Shown here: positions 25,531-39,330 of the stretch, piece after piece
Position numbering within the stretch: the first letter of the stretch is position 1
Layout of the letters: each line of letters starts with the position of its first letter
Assembly: GCA_030141605.1 (NCBI GenBank)
Contig: JAQGDQ010000588.1
Coordinates: forward strand, 62,001 to 126,000
Length of the DNA: 64,000 nucleotides
DNA from: Tubiluchus corallicola
Lineage: Eukaryota; Animalia; Priapulida
Direction of reading: 5' to 3'
Made by a program: the position numbers and the translations under genes
The notes under the pieces: model-generated
Seen by the model: only the letters and a program-made list of their open reading frames with translations
Databases searched by the model: none
Told to the model about the DNA's origin: nothing

Positions 25531-26469
25531 CAGTATATAGAAGCAAATGATTATTGCGACATATAATATAGAGGTTTTTGCTTATTTTGCAAAGCAGTAT
25601 CCCATATTTTCCATACTGTTAATTTTTTTACTTCGACCACAGTTTAAGTTATTACATCATAGCGGCAATAAGTGTACCTTTCTTACACCAAGGTTTGCTG
25701 AAATTTCATGAACAGGTGTTTGTTCCTTCACATAAATGTTTTCCTTTTCTAATGACCTGCCCAGAGTAAATAAGTATGTTGTTAATGGCAACTTGGCTAA
25801 TTTCTTTGTTTCAAAGTTTCAAATTCTTGCTGTACAAACGCAATGGTAAAAAGCGCAGTAGGAAAAATTGCGTGGAACATACATTATTTTGGACGCTATT
25901 TCAACTTTGATATTTATTTCTTTTTCGCTTTTGACTTAATTTCTTAACTACAAAATATAACTTTTTCGCGGACTCAGGTTTGTCTGCACGTTAGCAATTT
26001 TATATAGGGGTGATTTTTGCAGTACTAGAACAAGATCGTGATTTTGGTAATATCAATTATAAAATTTATTTAGATTCGATTATTTACAAATAAAGCGTAA
26101 GCTTTTATTGATAGATGTGGTCTCGAAAATTGACTTCGTGAAAGTGAGCATGCTTTAATGCTTTTCACCGATATGGCAACTTTTGCACTTCTTGTCATTT
26201 AGGCACAGCCATTGTGACGCTAAAGTCAGTTCTTTAGTTTAGCTGTTAGATTCAAACAAAAGAGCTCTAAAATACGGTAAACGTCCTTTCTCGATTGTTA
26301 TCCAGAAATCGGTGGAGCTTCGGCCCACTTGTTGTTGCTGCATTTGTTGGTTTATCGTCCAATTAAACCAAAATTCAACCGACGTTTGTGTAAGATAAAT
26401 GATACGAGATTAATTCATTTTTCTGTCCATTTGGATGGAAGTTGAGTCTAAAGATAAGCACGATGTAGA

Positions 26470-29400
26470 CTAATAGACAGCGGGCTGCGCGCCAGTGACA
26501 GTAACATCTCTCATGGAACTATCAAAATTACCGCGCCGTGGGCATAGTATTGCCTTATAGCCAAGTCTAAAGTTTCTGTTCATAACACCATATATAACTG
26601 GATTACAACAGCTGTTGAAGTAACCAAGCAGCAAAGTGGCCATGTCAAACCACCGCACTACGCCATGTGGCGAGAACAGTGACCAGAACATGGCGATACA
26701 AAATGGAAGCCAACATATAACAAATGTGAAAATCACGACAAGAAAAGATCGCGTCAGTCGTAGTTCGTCCTGTCGCGCCTTCTGTTTGCGACGCTCCTGT
26801 CGCTTTTCTTTTGCTGTTTGTCTCATTTGTGATGCTGATGTTTGAGCTAAGTCTTTATATGAGGAAGACGACAAAACAGTTATTTCCGGCTGAAGCAAGT
26901 TTGATACTTGAAGAACCATGTTTGGCTTCTTCTCATTACTCGATCTCGTAGACCTGTTTACTTTAGATTCACCTGTAAGTCCAACTTCGGAATTTTTGAC
27001 ATGACTGAAATTCTCCATATTTTTAACACTTATGGTAGATACATTGATTACAGGCATCTCCGAACGCTGGTTAGTTACTTTCTGGTTTGTTACTCGCAAA
27101 CGGCTTTTGCGGACAGTTTCAATAATTCGAAGATATGAGAAGGTCATGACAGAACAGGGTCCTCCGAAGCAGACGCCAAACATGAAAAACGTGTAGGAGA
27201 TGCTAGTCTTCCACTGACAGAAGCAGAAAGATTGACCTGGAATGTATCCGTACTTTCCCCATCCCAGCAAAGGAGGAGAGGCTAGAATTAGAGCCAACAT
27301 CCACACACCTGAAAAGCAAATAGTTATGTAACAACGGTTGAAAAAGTGACAGTTTCGAAATTCATGCACACTCATTCAAAACCATAAATATCATGAATCT
27401 TATTCTTTACAGACTTTATAAAGTTTAAAAGAACGCAAGAGCAAAAAATTTGCTCTGTAGTCTTTTGACGGTAGAATAATGTTGGATAAATTTTTATAAA
27501 TACGTGTCAAGAAATTCACGACATTTTGACTGACATGTTTCTCATCTTTTTAAAAATCCTAATAAACAATGCATGTAAACGACACAAGGGATATATGTAT
27601 ATTTACTAGTCCGGAATGTGAAGCTTTGTGTCAGCGAGTAACCTAATACTTCCCATTCCGGAATAGTTTTCTGCCTAACTGCTTTGATATGTCATTTATA
27701 ACGCCATTTATTGTTGCCGTGGAATCCATTTCGTGAATATATTGTTTAGAATGCCATTTAGCGTTGTTACAGAATCCGTCTTTAGTACAAAGTGAGACTA
27801 TGGAGTAACTCTACGGTGAATTCAAACACAAAACTTATTACATGAACAACAACGAGAATGAGGTCCGCTTCACGGCGAAAGCAATCTGTTTATAAAGCTA
27901 CGTCGCAAAAAACATAATGTACATTTTGACTTCCTTAACGAAAGTCATCAACTATTTGATGACAAGAGTTTTTAAAAAAGTAGAACACAAAATTTAATGT
28001 ATGATTACAAAGAAGTATTTTGAGGCATCAAACAATAAAAAAAGAGTTCAATAAGAAATCGGATACTATCAAAAATTAAAGTACTGATTTTAAATGTGCA
28101 TTGCATAAAGTTATAGAGTCTGTCCCAACCTCAACTAACGTTTCAAATATCTTTTATTATTAAAGGGTTGAATTTAGGCTTGATGTTCAAAAGTACTTCC
28201 TCACTGAAAAGGTAGAAGGTTTGGGAGCTTTATCCATAATATTGACAGAAAAATTATCGATTGTGTGATCAGTGGTAACAATGTAAACGGTATAACCTGT
28301 ATGGGCACTATCTTGTGTTTCCTAATGTAACATATAAATGTTGATTAACACAGAGTTCTACCAATGCAAAACTTACCGCAATCATTGCAATCAATCTGAA
28401 ATGTAATTGAAGATCTATCAAAAATATTGTCACTATAATTATAAGTTCATGACTACCATAATAGTTCTTGTATAATGTGAAGCCAAGTTTGTCATGGTAA
28501 CAATAGAATGCAATAAGTAAGTAATTAAGTAAATAAGTTTATTAAAACAGACATATTACAGTTAAAAAACTGAATTACTGTGTCTATACTAACAGTAAAA
28601 AATAAAATAAAAAGGTCACAATATTTTGCTAAACGACATAAATTTTCCACTGTTACAATGTTACATAAAAATACATGTTAAAAAGCAAATCACGTACCAA
28701 GAGCAGAACACGAGTTATGCACGTCAGCCATTAAAAATCTAACTCAATTTTCTAATTTCACTTGATTTACTGGCGTCTTTAGTATTCAATAATCTGATTA
28801 AATATTGTAAAGACGATTTATAAAATCTATCAGTTCTACATTTTTCTTCAATATAATTTGATTTAAAACTGTATTTATTAGTAAATAGAAAATTTAAACA
28901 ATACATACACGAATAGCTGAAAAAAAATGACGGTACTAAGTGATTGGCAATAGGGTTATAAAAACCCATATAAAAGCCTCTCACGTGAAGACAGTCACAA
29001 TATTAACAATCATTAAGAAATACGATATAACTTCATATATTGGTGGTAAAACAGGAAGTAGTGATGTGTTAGGTTTGTTCATTATTTGTAGCCAATAATT
29101 TATTACATTATGTATTATGTCTATTCTTAAAGGGTACTGACCAAGTTCAGCTCGTGCTGCGTTTTTACCGATTTATTATTAACGTTTAGTATATATGTGC
29201 ACAATTTTACGTTGAAGTCTTCAGTACCGATTTTGTCGTATACATTTGATTGGTTAGATTGCAAAGCGTGTTGAAAATTTTAACGTATGGTCCCTAACCT
29301 GCATGCCATAAAGTGATATAGGTTTAACTTGGGAATTAAATAAATTTATAGTTATTTTACGTGGTAAATTTTAGTTTATTAATTCAGCTCTTATCATATT

Positions 29401-32400
29401 TAAAGATTTCAGGCCTTTGCATTTTAATTCTTGTATTGACTGCTTAAAGGATCCATAGTTGTAAAACTGTACTCCAAGGTAATTGTATTGTTTGACTACT
29501 TTAATTTGTTCTGCTCCGCATTGGTAAGTTTGGTTAAAGGGCATCATGCCAGTTTTACTGAAAACGATAATTATTGTTTTGCTTGTATTTATTGTAAGAT
29601 TCCATTTGAAACAATAGTTTGAGAGTATTTTAAGTGAGTTTTTTATCCAATTTCTGACCTTCACGTTAAAACAATGTCGTCGGCATACACGAGGCTGCTG
29701 ATTCTTCATTTTGCATTATAATTGTGTCACGCGTATCGTTAAACTAATTAGGGAAATCGTTCAAAAACAACAAGAATAGTGTTGAACTCAATACACATCA
29801 TTGTTTTACCCCAGAAGCACTCTACAGAAAATTATCTGTACAACCATTTAGCATTTTTATTGAGTATTTGGCTTCGCTGTATATATCTTTTACAATGAGA
29901 AACAATTTCCCGTTTATACCATGTTTTGCTAATTCATTAACTAAATCATTTCGCCAGACGCTATCAAACGCTTGTTTAATGTCGACGAAACATGTATAAA
30001 GTTGACCTTTATTTGCTTTTATTTGTTTATCGATCACTGTTTTTATGTTAATAAATGGTCATTAGTGCTGCACACTTTACGGAAACCTATTTGCGATGGA
30101 TGTATAATATTTTCTTTCTCTAAGTATTCATTTAGTGGTTCATTGAGAATTTTTGTAAAAAGTTTGCTTAGACAGTCGGAGGTAGTCACGCCACGGTAAT
30201 TTTGTGGGTCCTTTTTATTTCCGTTTTTGTGAAATGGTACTATTAGGCTTTCAGACCAGGCCATTGAGTATATGCTTCCTGAGTAAATTAAATAAAATAA
30301 TTTGGTTACACCTGGGGCTGGATATGTTATGGTAGATTTTATGACTTCATTTGACATGGCATCGTAGGTAGTAGATTTATTGTTTTTCGGTGTTTACAGC
30401 GTTCATTACCTCATGGGGTTTCGTCGTAAAATTCATCTCATTGAAAGTGGGAATTTGATTGCATGTGTTTTTTGCTGGTTATATTCAGGTTGACTGGATG
30501 TTAGTAATTGTTTGTAGTGATTAAACATTGTAATAGGATCGACGTCTGACATTGGTTTGTTATTTGCACCAATGACCTTTTTAATGCTCTTTTCAGAAAA
30601 CATTACTGTTAGCGTCCGAAGTTTTTCTGTGAATTTATTTTTAAAGGATCTGTATTTTCTTTGTTTTAGGCTTTTAAATTTCTTTTTGGCATCATTACAC
30701 TGTTTTATTATTGTTTGATTTGTAGGAAATTTGGTTAGAAGTCTGGATAGTGAATGTACTTTGTTTCACATTGACGTGCATGCTCTGTCGAACCAAACCT
30801 TATTTCTAGGCTTAGTAAGAGAAGTCGGGGTTTCATAGAAAACGCTTGTTATGCAAGTTCCAGTTTTACAATGATCGGAAAAAGGGGTTTTTATCGTTTA
30901 CTTTAAAATATACAACGTTACGTAATAGGTCGGCGTCAATTACACAGCAGTCAGTTAGTGATCTACCATTAGGCTTATCACTAATTGACTACTGTGTAAG
31001 ATAAACCCCCTCCTGGTTCGACTGAAATTAGCTTATAGTATATAAATGAAATGTCTCTATGAGATGAATTGGATTGTATAAGTTGGTAGGACACTGACTG
31101 ACCTTTGACGTTATAAGTTGCGATTTCAGTATGAAGTGCTGCTCCCAGATTTCTAGCGATGCGTATTCAACAAAATCAAATTTAGAGTTTCAAACAGAAA
31201 GCTGAGGTTTTTTTCGTGCCCTAATTCTGTAACTGTTGTTGCAAAATGTTCAGTTTATGACCGCTGGAAACATCAGTTAATCTTAGTTGTTTTTCATTAG
31301 TGTTTTGACAAAGTACTAAGCTATGTTTACAGTGGCAAAAAGCAGTCGTGACAATAATATAGCAATTTAGCGAAGCTAACGAAGGCAAAAATCATTGAAA
31401 GTTGTTTGCCTGCACCGCAGTTGACATCCATGTTCTTCAACATAGAAAACTGAACATTTGCTGCAACAAAATTAACAAAACTAATTTCAGACCGCTACAT
31501 TAATAAGGTCGACTCTTTTGACAAAGTGTATAGAGCTTATTACTGACCAAATTTGACTGACTTTGCAATACAATACGTAAGAGACATTTGTACTAATTAT
31601 TATTGTTGCAGCTGCTTATTCGCTTGCTTTGGAAGGCCAGAATATCGCTGCTCATTTGACCTGCAATCGTTCCACGCTGGAACACAATTTTTGCTTTTGT
31701 GAAAAATTTTCTTTGCCGCCAAATTTCGGAAAAAATCAGTTCATTCAAAAAGTCTGTCAAGCATAATGATTCTTAAAGCTTCGCAAACGTATAGTATATG
31801 TTGTTTTTGACAATTTACATTACTGTCATACATTGCTGTGAGAGCGGTGCATGTAACTCAAATGCCCTGACAGCACTAGGTGCGTCTCATTTTAATTGCT
31901 ATTTGGTTAATTTTTTAAAGCGTGACGCCTTTAGTGTGAGTGTGTATGTGTGTATTGCTGCCACCTCCGCTGAATTGCTAGCATATCGTAATATCACGAT
32001 CCCTTTTCTCGATAGAGTGATCGTATAGTTATCTAGCCCTATCGAGTGATCATGAATTAATTGATTAGATTGTTATATTAGATTTTATCGATTCGCTTCA
32101 CGTTCGCTATTAGGTAATTGATCGAATCTCAGCTACCTGACTCCGAGGGCTTTAGTTAAGTCGTTAAGGCAATGATCTCCTTCACGACTTTCACTTCAAC
32201 CTTGCGTTGTGAGTGAGGCCTTTATCCCTCAAGTTTACAAGCTTAGCTCCCACAATTGAGCTTCTGAGTACAATGCGAATCTTCTCAAGTTCGTATCTAG
32301 GATTTAGTGATGCGTATGCAATTTACTGTTAACGCTCTTAATCATTCAAGAACTCAATGTCTGCATTATTACAGTGAACAGACTTTATTGAATTACACTT

Positions 32401-35400
32401 ACACTTTATCAACTCTGGCTTTAATTACAAGATTTGGTCTTATACGCCGGTGGGAGCTTACAACTAAAGTATAGCTCCAGAGAAGATGCTATTCACTTTA
32501 ACTACTAACAATTCGATATGCTGCACTGTAGGTGCTTAATACAACATAACGGTTACAGCTATTCAGATACTGATACAAATAAATTGAACCACTTAACTTG
32601 TGGATTGACCAATGTACCCCTACACTTGGTTAAATCCTGATTGCTTTTCGAGACTACGCTGCACCAGTGCTCAGTCTTTGGCTAAGTACGCAGATTCCTT
32701 TCCACGCTGGGCAAACGCTGCTTCTCGTCTTGTAGAAGTTGTCTCGGACACACGGTATGGTAGCAAACCACTTGTCAGACTCCCTCGCTCGTGTTGTGTG
32801 ACACTCGTGTCCTGTCACCCCGTCGTGTGTGTCTAGGTAACTTTTCCTAGAGCTTATATTTCTGAGAGTTGACCTTCGAGATATTGCACCATCTGGCAAC
32901 ATCTGGTAACATCTGCTACCTCCTGGAAAGCGACTTTCCTTTCACTTCTGATTTTACAACCAGTAATGAGTTTCTTAAATTCCGTCGCCTTTGAGATTTT
33001 CATACCGTCTTGTCGGCATGTCTTCAGATTTCCTTCTAATGTCGCTGAGCACTGATACGAGGCCTTGGCTCCTATCATTAAATTATTTCCATGCGACAAC
33101 TAAATCGCTCTAGACATCCTCCTAATTATCTCCTACTCTGCATGTATTCCAGTTAAACAATGGTGTCTTTCTCGAACACGACACCTGCACTTTCTACAAA
33201 TCGTGTGACAATTCTAACTCATTAAATTCGAGCTGTCAGCTGGATGAGTTTCTTGTTCAACCGTGTAAATTTATTTAACGAAATCAGGGAGGCGTGAGTT
33301 TATCAACCGAATCTAATTCAGCTGATAACTCCATTAATTATCTACCAAAATTCATATTCCTAAATTTATTCACAACAGTAACGAATATGAATAAATTTCT
33401 TGATGTTTTGTTATGCCATTGGCAGGTGCGGAGCTAGCGTAAAATTTATTTTTTGAAGGAAAATATAATTATCTTGTTATAGCGATATAGCAATTTCGTT
33501 ATAACCTACACTACTACCTCGTTGTAACGAGATACTACCTCATTATAACGATTTAATAATTTGTTATAACAATCTCGTTATAACAACATACTACATTGTT
33601 ATAACGGCTTACTATTCGTTATAATGACTTACCACCTCGTTACTAACGGATTATCGTAGGTAGGCGTTCGTAGCCGCTGGTATAGCTAGCACTGCTAAGA
33701 ATAAATAATATTTGCGACATTACACCTGTTTGGAAGTGCTTTGATAAATTTCAGCTCTCAAAGTCGTTTCTCGGGTGACGAGCATAGCGTTTCGTTGGTG
33801 ATTATTGACGGATAAGATACCTGGATTGGCTTCATTTACTTTCAAAACACTCACGAAGCCAATAATTTATTCATCATTTTACCATAATACGGGATGGGCA
33901 TATTATAGTACGCAAAGGACAACTAATAAAGCCTTTTATCCATGTCCTTTATGAAACCAATAATTTCAATGCATGCGCAGTCATTAAAAATTAATGTCAG
34001 TCAGTTCCTAAATTTACCGTCTGCGTCTCACAGAGATGCTGATTTCAATGTGATACATGTAGGAAGCAAATCTGATGTAGATGTTAAGAAATTTTTCTCG
34101 GAATTACGGCAATATAGGCCGTTCTCGTAAATTCGGCGTAGAGAGTATAATAGGATCATTTTGGCTAATGATTATTGTTAATCATCTTTGTGATTACATA
34201 TACAGTCAATTGTCATTACATTGCAAACAGCATGTGTCTTTCTGCATTATTGAAATCTATTAACTACTCTCCAAACTCCATGCTACCTCCTCCTGACTTC
34301 TTGATTAAAGTTAATAGAACAACGTTTGTAGATGAGGTCTTTCACAGACTAAAATAAAGATCAACTGAAAGTACGTAACGCACTCCCTATACAACCAAGC
34401 CTCTGCGTCCCATGATTCTCTTTTGCTTTAATACAGTCAGTTTCGAGTTAATTAAAGGTATCATTCATTAGCAATAAGAGGCGCCGAAGGCGTGAACTTT
34501 TTGGCGCTGTGATGTTGTAACGTCACTGAATAAAGGAAGAGCTCTGTGACGTATAGTTTATTTACCGTTTTTGAATCAAATTTTTGATTTGACGCAGTTG
34601 ACTGCTTAATTTTTAATTTTTTGTCATTCGGAACAGACATTTCTTCAAGATAACGATTACTTCTTTTGTACGTGTGTATAACCACCGTCACGCACGTAGC
34701 TATTATATTAGGTTTATAGTTATTGATTGTCCATTGTAAGCACTATTAATGATATATGTTGCCCGAAATAATTAATAAAAATATATCGCCACTTTCCCAT
34801 CAGGCAAATCAAGCCTGTTATCATATCAATACTATAACTTATTCGTTAAACGACTTGCAACGTATATAATAGCCTACTGCTTTTACCTTGTTAAGTACTT
34901 TGTGTGGTTTAACAAATCTTTTTTGATAATTTTTTCAAACATGCACGCCCTTGTACTCGAAAAGGAATTGTGGGGTTAAGAGCGAGTGGAAGGATGCGGA
35001 AACCGGTTCAAGTCAATGTTAACTAAATCTACTGTTTAGTGAAAAATTTGCAGCCAAAATTCTGAACAAAATTTATACATTTGCAAAACACCAAATTTGA
35101 AATTGTGTAAGAAGTAGACCTACTCATCAACAGATTCATCTACAGAGGTAATAGGGGTAAATTAGGGGAAAAGAACAGCAGTGGCTTATGCGCTATACAT
35201 GCAGTAAAGTTATTATGCACATTCTGTAAATATTATAATACAATACACTATGTAGGATGCACCAAAAGTCACTATAATTATTCTCAGCATTTTCTAAATT
35301 TTTCTAACAAATACACAAACTGTTTGAAAATTGGTACAAATATCAATTCTTTTAGCTCAAATTAAATGAATATCTTTCAACAGGAACTACCACACTAGGA

Positions 35401-37811
35401 GGTTTGCTATTTTTGCCACCTTCTTTAGGGACTTCGAGAGCTTCAGATACCAATCCAATGGCAAACTTGCATTGAGAAAGCTCCTCAGCCCATGTATGGT
35501 GAGGAAGTGCTGCATATCGCTGAAAAACTAGATTGTTAATAATGAGAGAATGGCGCGGTCCATATAATGCTGGGAATTTATGCTGAACTACAGTTCGTGA
35601 TTGTGATGACCTGGTGTAGTTCGGTGATATTTTTTTCGTTTGTCAGGATTCTTTTAACAGGTCATGCTTAGGCCTCTAACTGACCACAAAGCGTTTGTGG
35701 TGTGTTGGTGAACTAACTAAGGCGCTATAGGTACTGGCGCACTCTCCTAAAGCTAGTATTTTAATTATACTGAAGCTTGAAATAGAAATAAACGCTTTAG
35801 CTATGAAATTAATATTTTAATAATTATTATTGAATATACCTTAGTAGTTATAAACATACAATACATTATATTATACAACGTAGCAGTACAAAGTTTGTAG
35901 TGATGCCGTTTCTACGTTGGGAGCTCCAGGATCTTCCTGAAACACACAAATTCCACAACGCTTCGTTAAGCAGGCAAAATATACTGTCTGTCTCTGGCAG
36001 TTTGGCAGAAAAAATTGAAGCACATGGTGTGAGTCAAGCATCAAAAGTACACATTGTCAAAAAAACAAGGATACGAAAAGGTTGCTCATAACAACAGCAG
36101 GTTGAAGTCTTATGTTGATCTTGGAATCAAGCATATAATGGACTTGATTCGCTAATGGTTGGCGTGCATACAACAATGTCCAGCTTAGTGTAGTCCAGTG
36201 TCACTAATTCCAGATTTGGCATTAACGGCAGGAACATTCAGGTTTTGGCATAAAGGTATTTAAAAGTTAACAAAACTAAAAGTCTACTAGCAGCAATTTT
36301 TCTACTCCACATGTTACCTACTAGTCATCTCTCTAGCTCAGAAAGTAGGTTACCGAAAAGTAAGCACCTGATTGGCTAAACAGGTTTCACTTTTAAATTC
36401 AACAAAATTACAACCTGTAGCAAATCATTCAACAGGTGACAGCACTGACATGGTATCATAATATGATGATTGATACTAGACAAAAAATATAGAGTTATAA
36501 TAAAAAGTGTGAGCAATAATTTTAATAGTATGGTAGTGCTTTAGTGTTTGCAGACATTGAAAATAAAAAATGATTGTAATGATGGGGAAGCATGGCTGTG
36601 CGATTACAGAGCCCTCCCACTAACATATGAAATATCTAAAATTATTAGAATTTTTTATGCTTTGCAAGCACTACTGGTGTCAAAGTTTAATGTAATCACC
36701 ATACTCAAAGCATTAGATTTTAGCACGGATAAAAGTCATCATACATTAGGCTGAGCCATCACAGTGATTGAAATACATCATACCGGGCTAATTTTGCACC
36801 TCGTTTCTAACGTTACTATCGTCACCATAGTAACGAGGTTCTAGTCAAAAACAATTAAAAAGAATTAACAAATGCCCTTTTTATTCCTGTAGTAAGAGCT
36901 TGCTAAGATGGGGGAGAAATTTAAAAAGGAAATTAGAAATCAAAATGTATAGTAAGTTTTGAGACACCCACACTGACAACAAACTTACTAGTCTGGATTG
37001 AGAGTTATTGTATTTAGTTTATACGCTTAATACGATATTTATTTTAACCACAACTGTTCGCAGATTCCCTCTGCTTTCTGATGATAACTTACTACTAAAG
37101 CCTTGAATTTTGCTCTTCAGGCATGGCTTTTAAATGTCTGTGAGATATGCCTCCTTAAATTTATTTGCGAGTTGGTAGAATCCACAATTTCATAAAATAC
37201 AGATAACAGAGATGTACACATAAACCTATATATACATATATATGTATGTATGTATAGTACAGACAAATTAATCATATGTGTGTAAATGGCATGCACCTAC
37301 CTGTGCACATAAGGGCTGCATTCTTTGGGGTATATACTGCTTTTACTTTGACTGCGTGGCAAACCATGAAGTATCTGTTTAGGCTGACATTACCCAGTGA
37401 CATGACGCTGGCAATGAAGAAGGTCATGTTGATAAAGCCCGTTACAACGCACACTGTATCGCTAAAAGGAAAGCCGTCGTGTAAAACCGATACCACAGAA
37501 ATCGGTATGTTCATGACAGAAACTAAAATGTCAGCCAAGGCGAGGCACAGGATCAGTGAGTTGGAAACAGTGCGAAGATGACGAAGTTTGCAAATGGTAG
37601 CAAACAGGAGTACATTTCCAAAAAATGCTATCGTGCCGATCAGGACCAAAATTGTCGCCTCTATTATTTTTTCAGCCTGCTCCGTGCAAACAGATTGATA
37701 CAATGTTTTCTGCGGCGCGTCACTTTCGTTCAAATTTTGTAAAACTGTTTCGACAACATAATCGCTTGTTATTTCACAAGCGGTGGCCAATTTGTGGCTT
37801 GAGGTGTTCAT
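26470..37811 (-). CDS. Rhodopsin-class (family A) GPCR, melatonin receptor-like / moody-Tre1-GPR84-like; 2 coding exons (37811-37301, 27308-26470), ~449 aa
   Basis: TM1 GN, TM2 LALAD, TM3 SLNRYFMVCH, ECL2 PPLLGWGKYGY...C, TM6 CWLP, TM7 GYFNSCCNPVIYGVMNRNFR; phase-1 intron ACAG|gtaggt...ttttcag|GTGTG; N-terminal N-glycosylation sequons NTS and NES. Confidence 0.92.
28510..30990 (-). mobile_element. Decayed non-LTR retrotransposon (RTE-X/Daphne/CR1-like ORF2) in the GPCR intron
   Basis: Endonuclease SDH remnant near 30870; RT motifs PFHKNGNKKDPQNYRG, QIGFRK, CFVDIKQAFDSVWR, GVKQ, YADD, WNLTINTSKT, YNYLG in broken frames; 3' AATAAA followed by a (TTAC)n-like tail near 28510-28545. Confidence 0.88.
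31824..33210. mobile_element. Possible LTR / LTR-retrotransposon remnant
   Basis: GC-richer block bounded by TGTCATAC...GTGTGACA (7/8 inverted match) with a minus-strand AATAAA near 32385; no clean target-site duplication and no recognisable protein. Confidence 0.25.
33470..33650. repeat. Degenerate array of palindromic CTCGTTATAACGAG-like units, ~20-bp period
   Basis: About 9 copies of a CGTTATAAC core; probably the internal array of a MITE. Confidence 0.75.
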
Positions 37812-38915
37812 AATGTATCACAGCATTTCTGTGAAAGTTATCGATTTTCTATTTATTTTTCTCTGTCCGAAGAAGTGGCTAATTGCAGAAAATTTTTATG
37901 GGAGTGGTCCGTTTAAAGTGCTGCAACACATGAGAAAACATTTTCGAGACTCGTACATTGCTTCTCTCAGCTTCCCTTGTTAAGAGACAATTATGATAGG
38001 CATTGACAAAAATTAGTCCCTTTCATCACCCGGAAGTAAGCGCGAGCATAACACCAACAAATTAAGCAACTTCGATCTTCCTTCGCATGTTTTCAGTGTC
38101 AGAGCTCTATGCGTTCCATTGTTAGATTGTTACAGTGTCATGCAACCAGAACGTTTTAGTAATTACACTTCCTTCTGCTCCCAAAAATAACATTTCCAAC
38201 GACACTTGAACACGAAATTAGACAATGTTGTCAGGTAACATTTAACGGCGGTATTAAGTTTCGTGTCTGTATAAATTCATAGAGGTATACGTAGTCTTGG
38301 AAAATTTTACTAAATAAAATTTTTTAAATTTGTCCTGCCACAACTTTAGCGCGAATGTTCGTAGTTCAAGCACCCCTTGTCACATCGCTGTCAACAATTC
38401 TTCTGTTGTCTTGTCAGATTGCGATTAACGCCAAAATGAGTGCGCATACAGGTAGGAATCCTTTCCTCGTAGGCGCATCATACGCCAACAAACTGTTTAC
38501 TCAAGATTCATCATTCTAGCAAGAACATGTCACATTAACTAGCTTCATATTTCTGGACTGTTGCGTGGGCAGCAGTTGGCGCAGTTAATATGGCCTACAC
38601 CTCTCGTGCGTGAGGGTTCAGGCCTGCTGTTCTAAAGCAAAATAATTGTAGCTGCTTGTAATGCGTTATTTGCAATCAGATCTAATTACTTCTCTCACTA
38701 CGTTTTATCCAAACAGCGAAATCAAGTTGCAGCAGCACAAAGGTACGTGCTGCACTTATTCCTAGCGATTGGGTAATTAAATGAGAAAATCATTTAGCTT
38801 TAACATCAATAACATACGTTACTCGTGTCCATACTGCAATCTCATCAGGGTTAATTACAAAGTCCCCAGAATTTATTAGGTTTCGTGGGCATATTAATGC
38901 AGTAAAGAGAAGTAT

Positions 38916-39330
38916 GTGACATCGGTGGATGACTATTGGACAGTATTACCTCAAATACAAATAATTAAGGCGCCCACCACAGTGAACGTGTTTAAAACCA
39001 CTGTGTTACCTATAATGTTGTATGGCAGTACCATTTGGTTGACCAAAAATAATGCCGACAAGTTTGATGATCTTGTATTCCACTGGACCAAGCTTCATCC
39101 GTCACGAGAGAAATTAGAATGGCTATGCGGCGTCCCACCACTGGACATTTTAACAGAGAGCATATTCATCAAGTTTAGATTAAAATATTAAATAAAGTCA
39201 ATTCAGACTGATATCAACAGTCGTATTTTAACATACTCGAAAGCAAACATGAACTATATGTCTCACAGGTGGTACAATCTACAAGTTCGGCAGCATATGG
39301 TAATTGCAGCATTAATGATTCATTGAACCT
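38916..39330 (+). mobile_element. 3' fragment of a LINE ORF2 (post-RT region)
   Basis: VFKTTVLPIMLYGSTIW...LEWLCGVPPLDIL resembles the C-terminal region of non-LTR retrotransposon ORF2. Confidence 0.6.

Noticed and set aside
26470-27375. Opsin call for the GPCR, and the ORF-track start at 27375
   Set aside because: No Lys at the retinal-binding position; the ORF's first ~22 codons are intronic (acceptor at 27309)
33470-33650. CRISPR-like repeat-spacer array
   Set aside because: Repeats and spacers are too short and degenerate, spacers resemble each other, there are no cas genes, and the context is a eukaryotic intron
35900-36250. Possible pogo/DDE transposase remnant (minus-strand VLLMLDSH)
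   Set aside because: Only one short motif in broken frames; cannot be supported without a profile search
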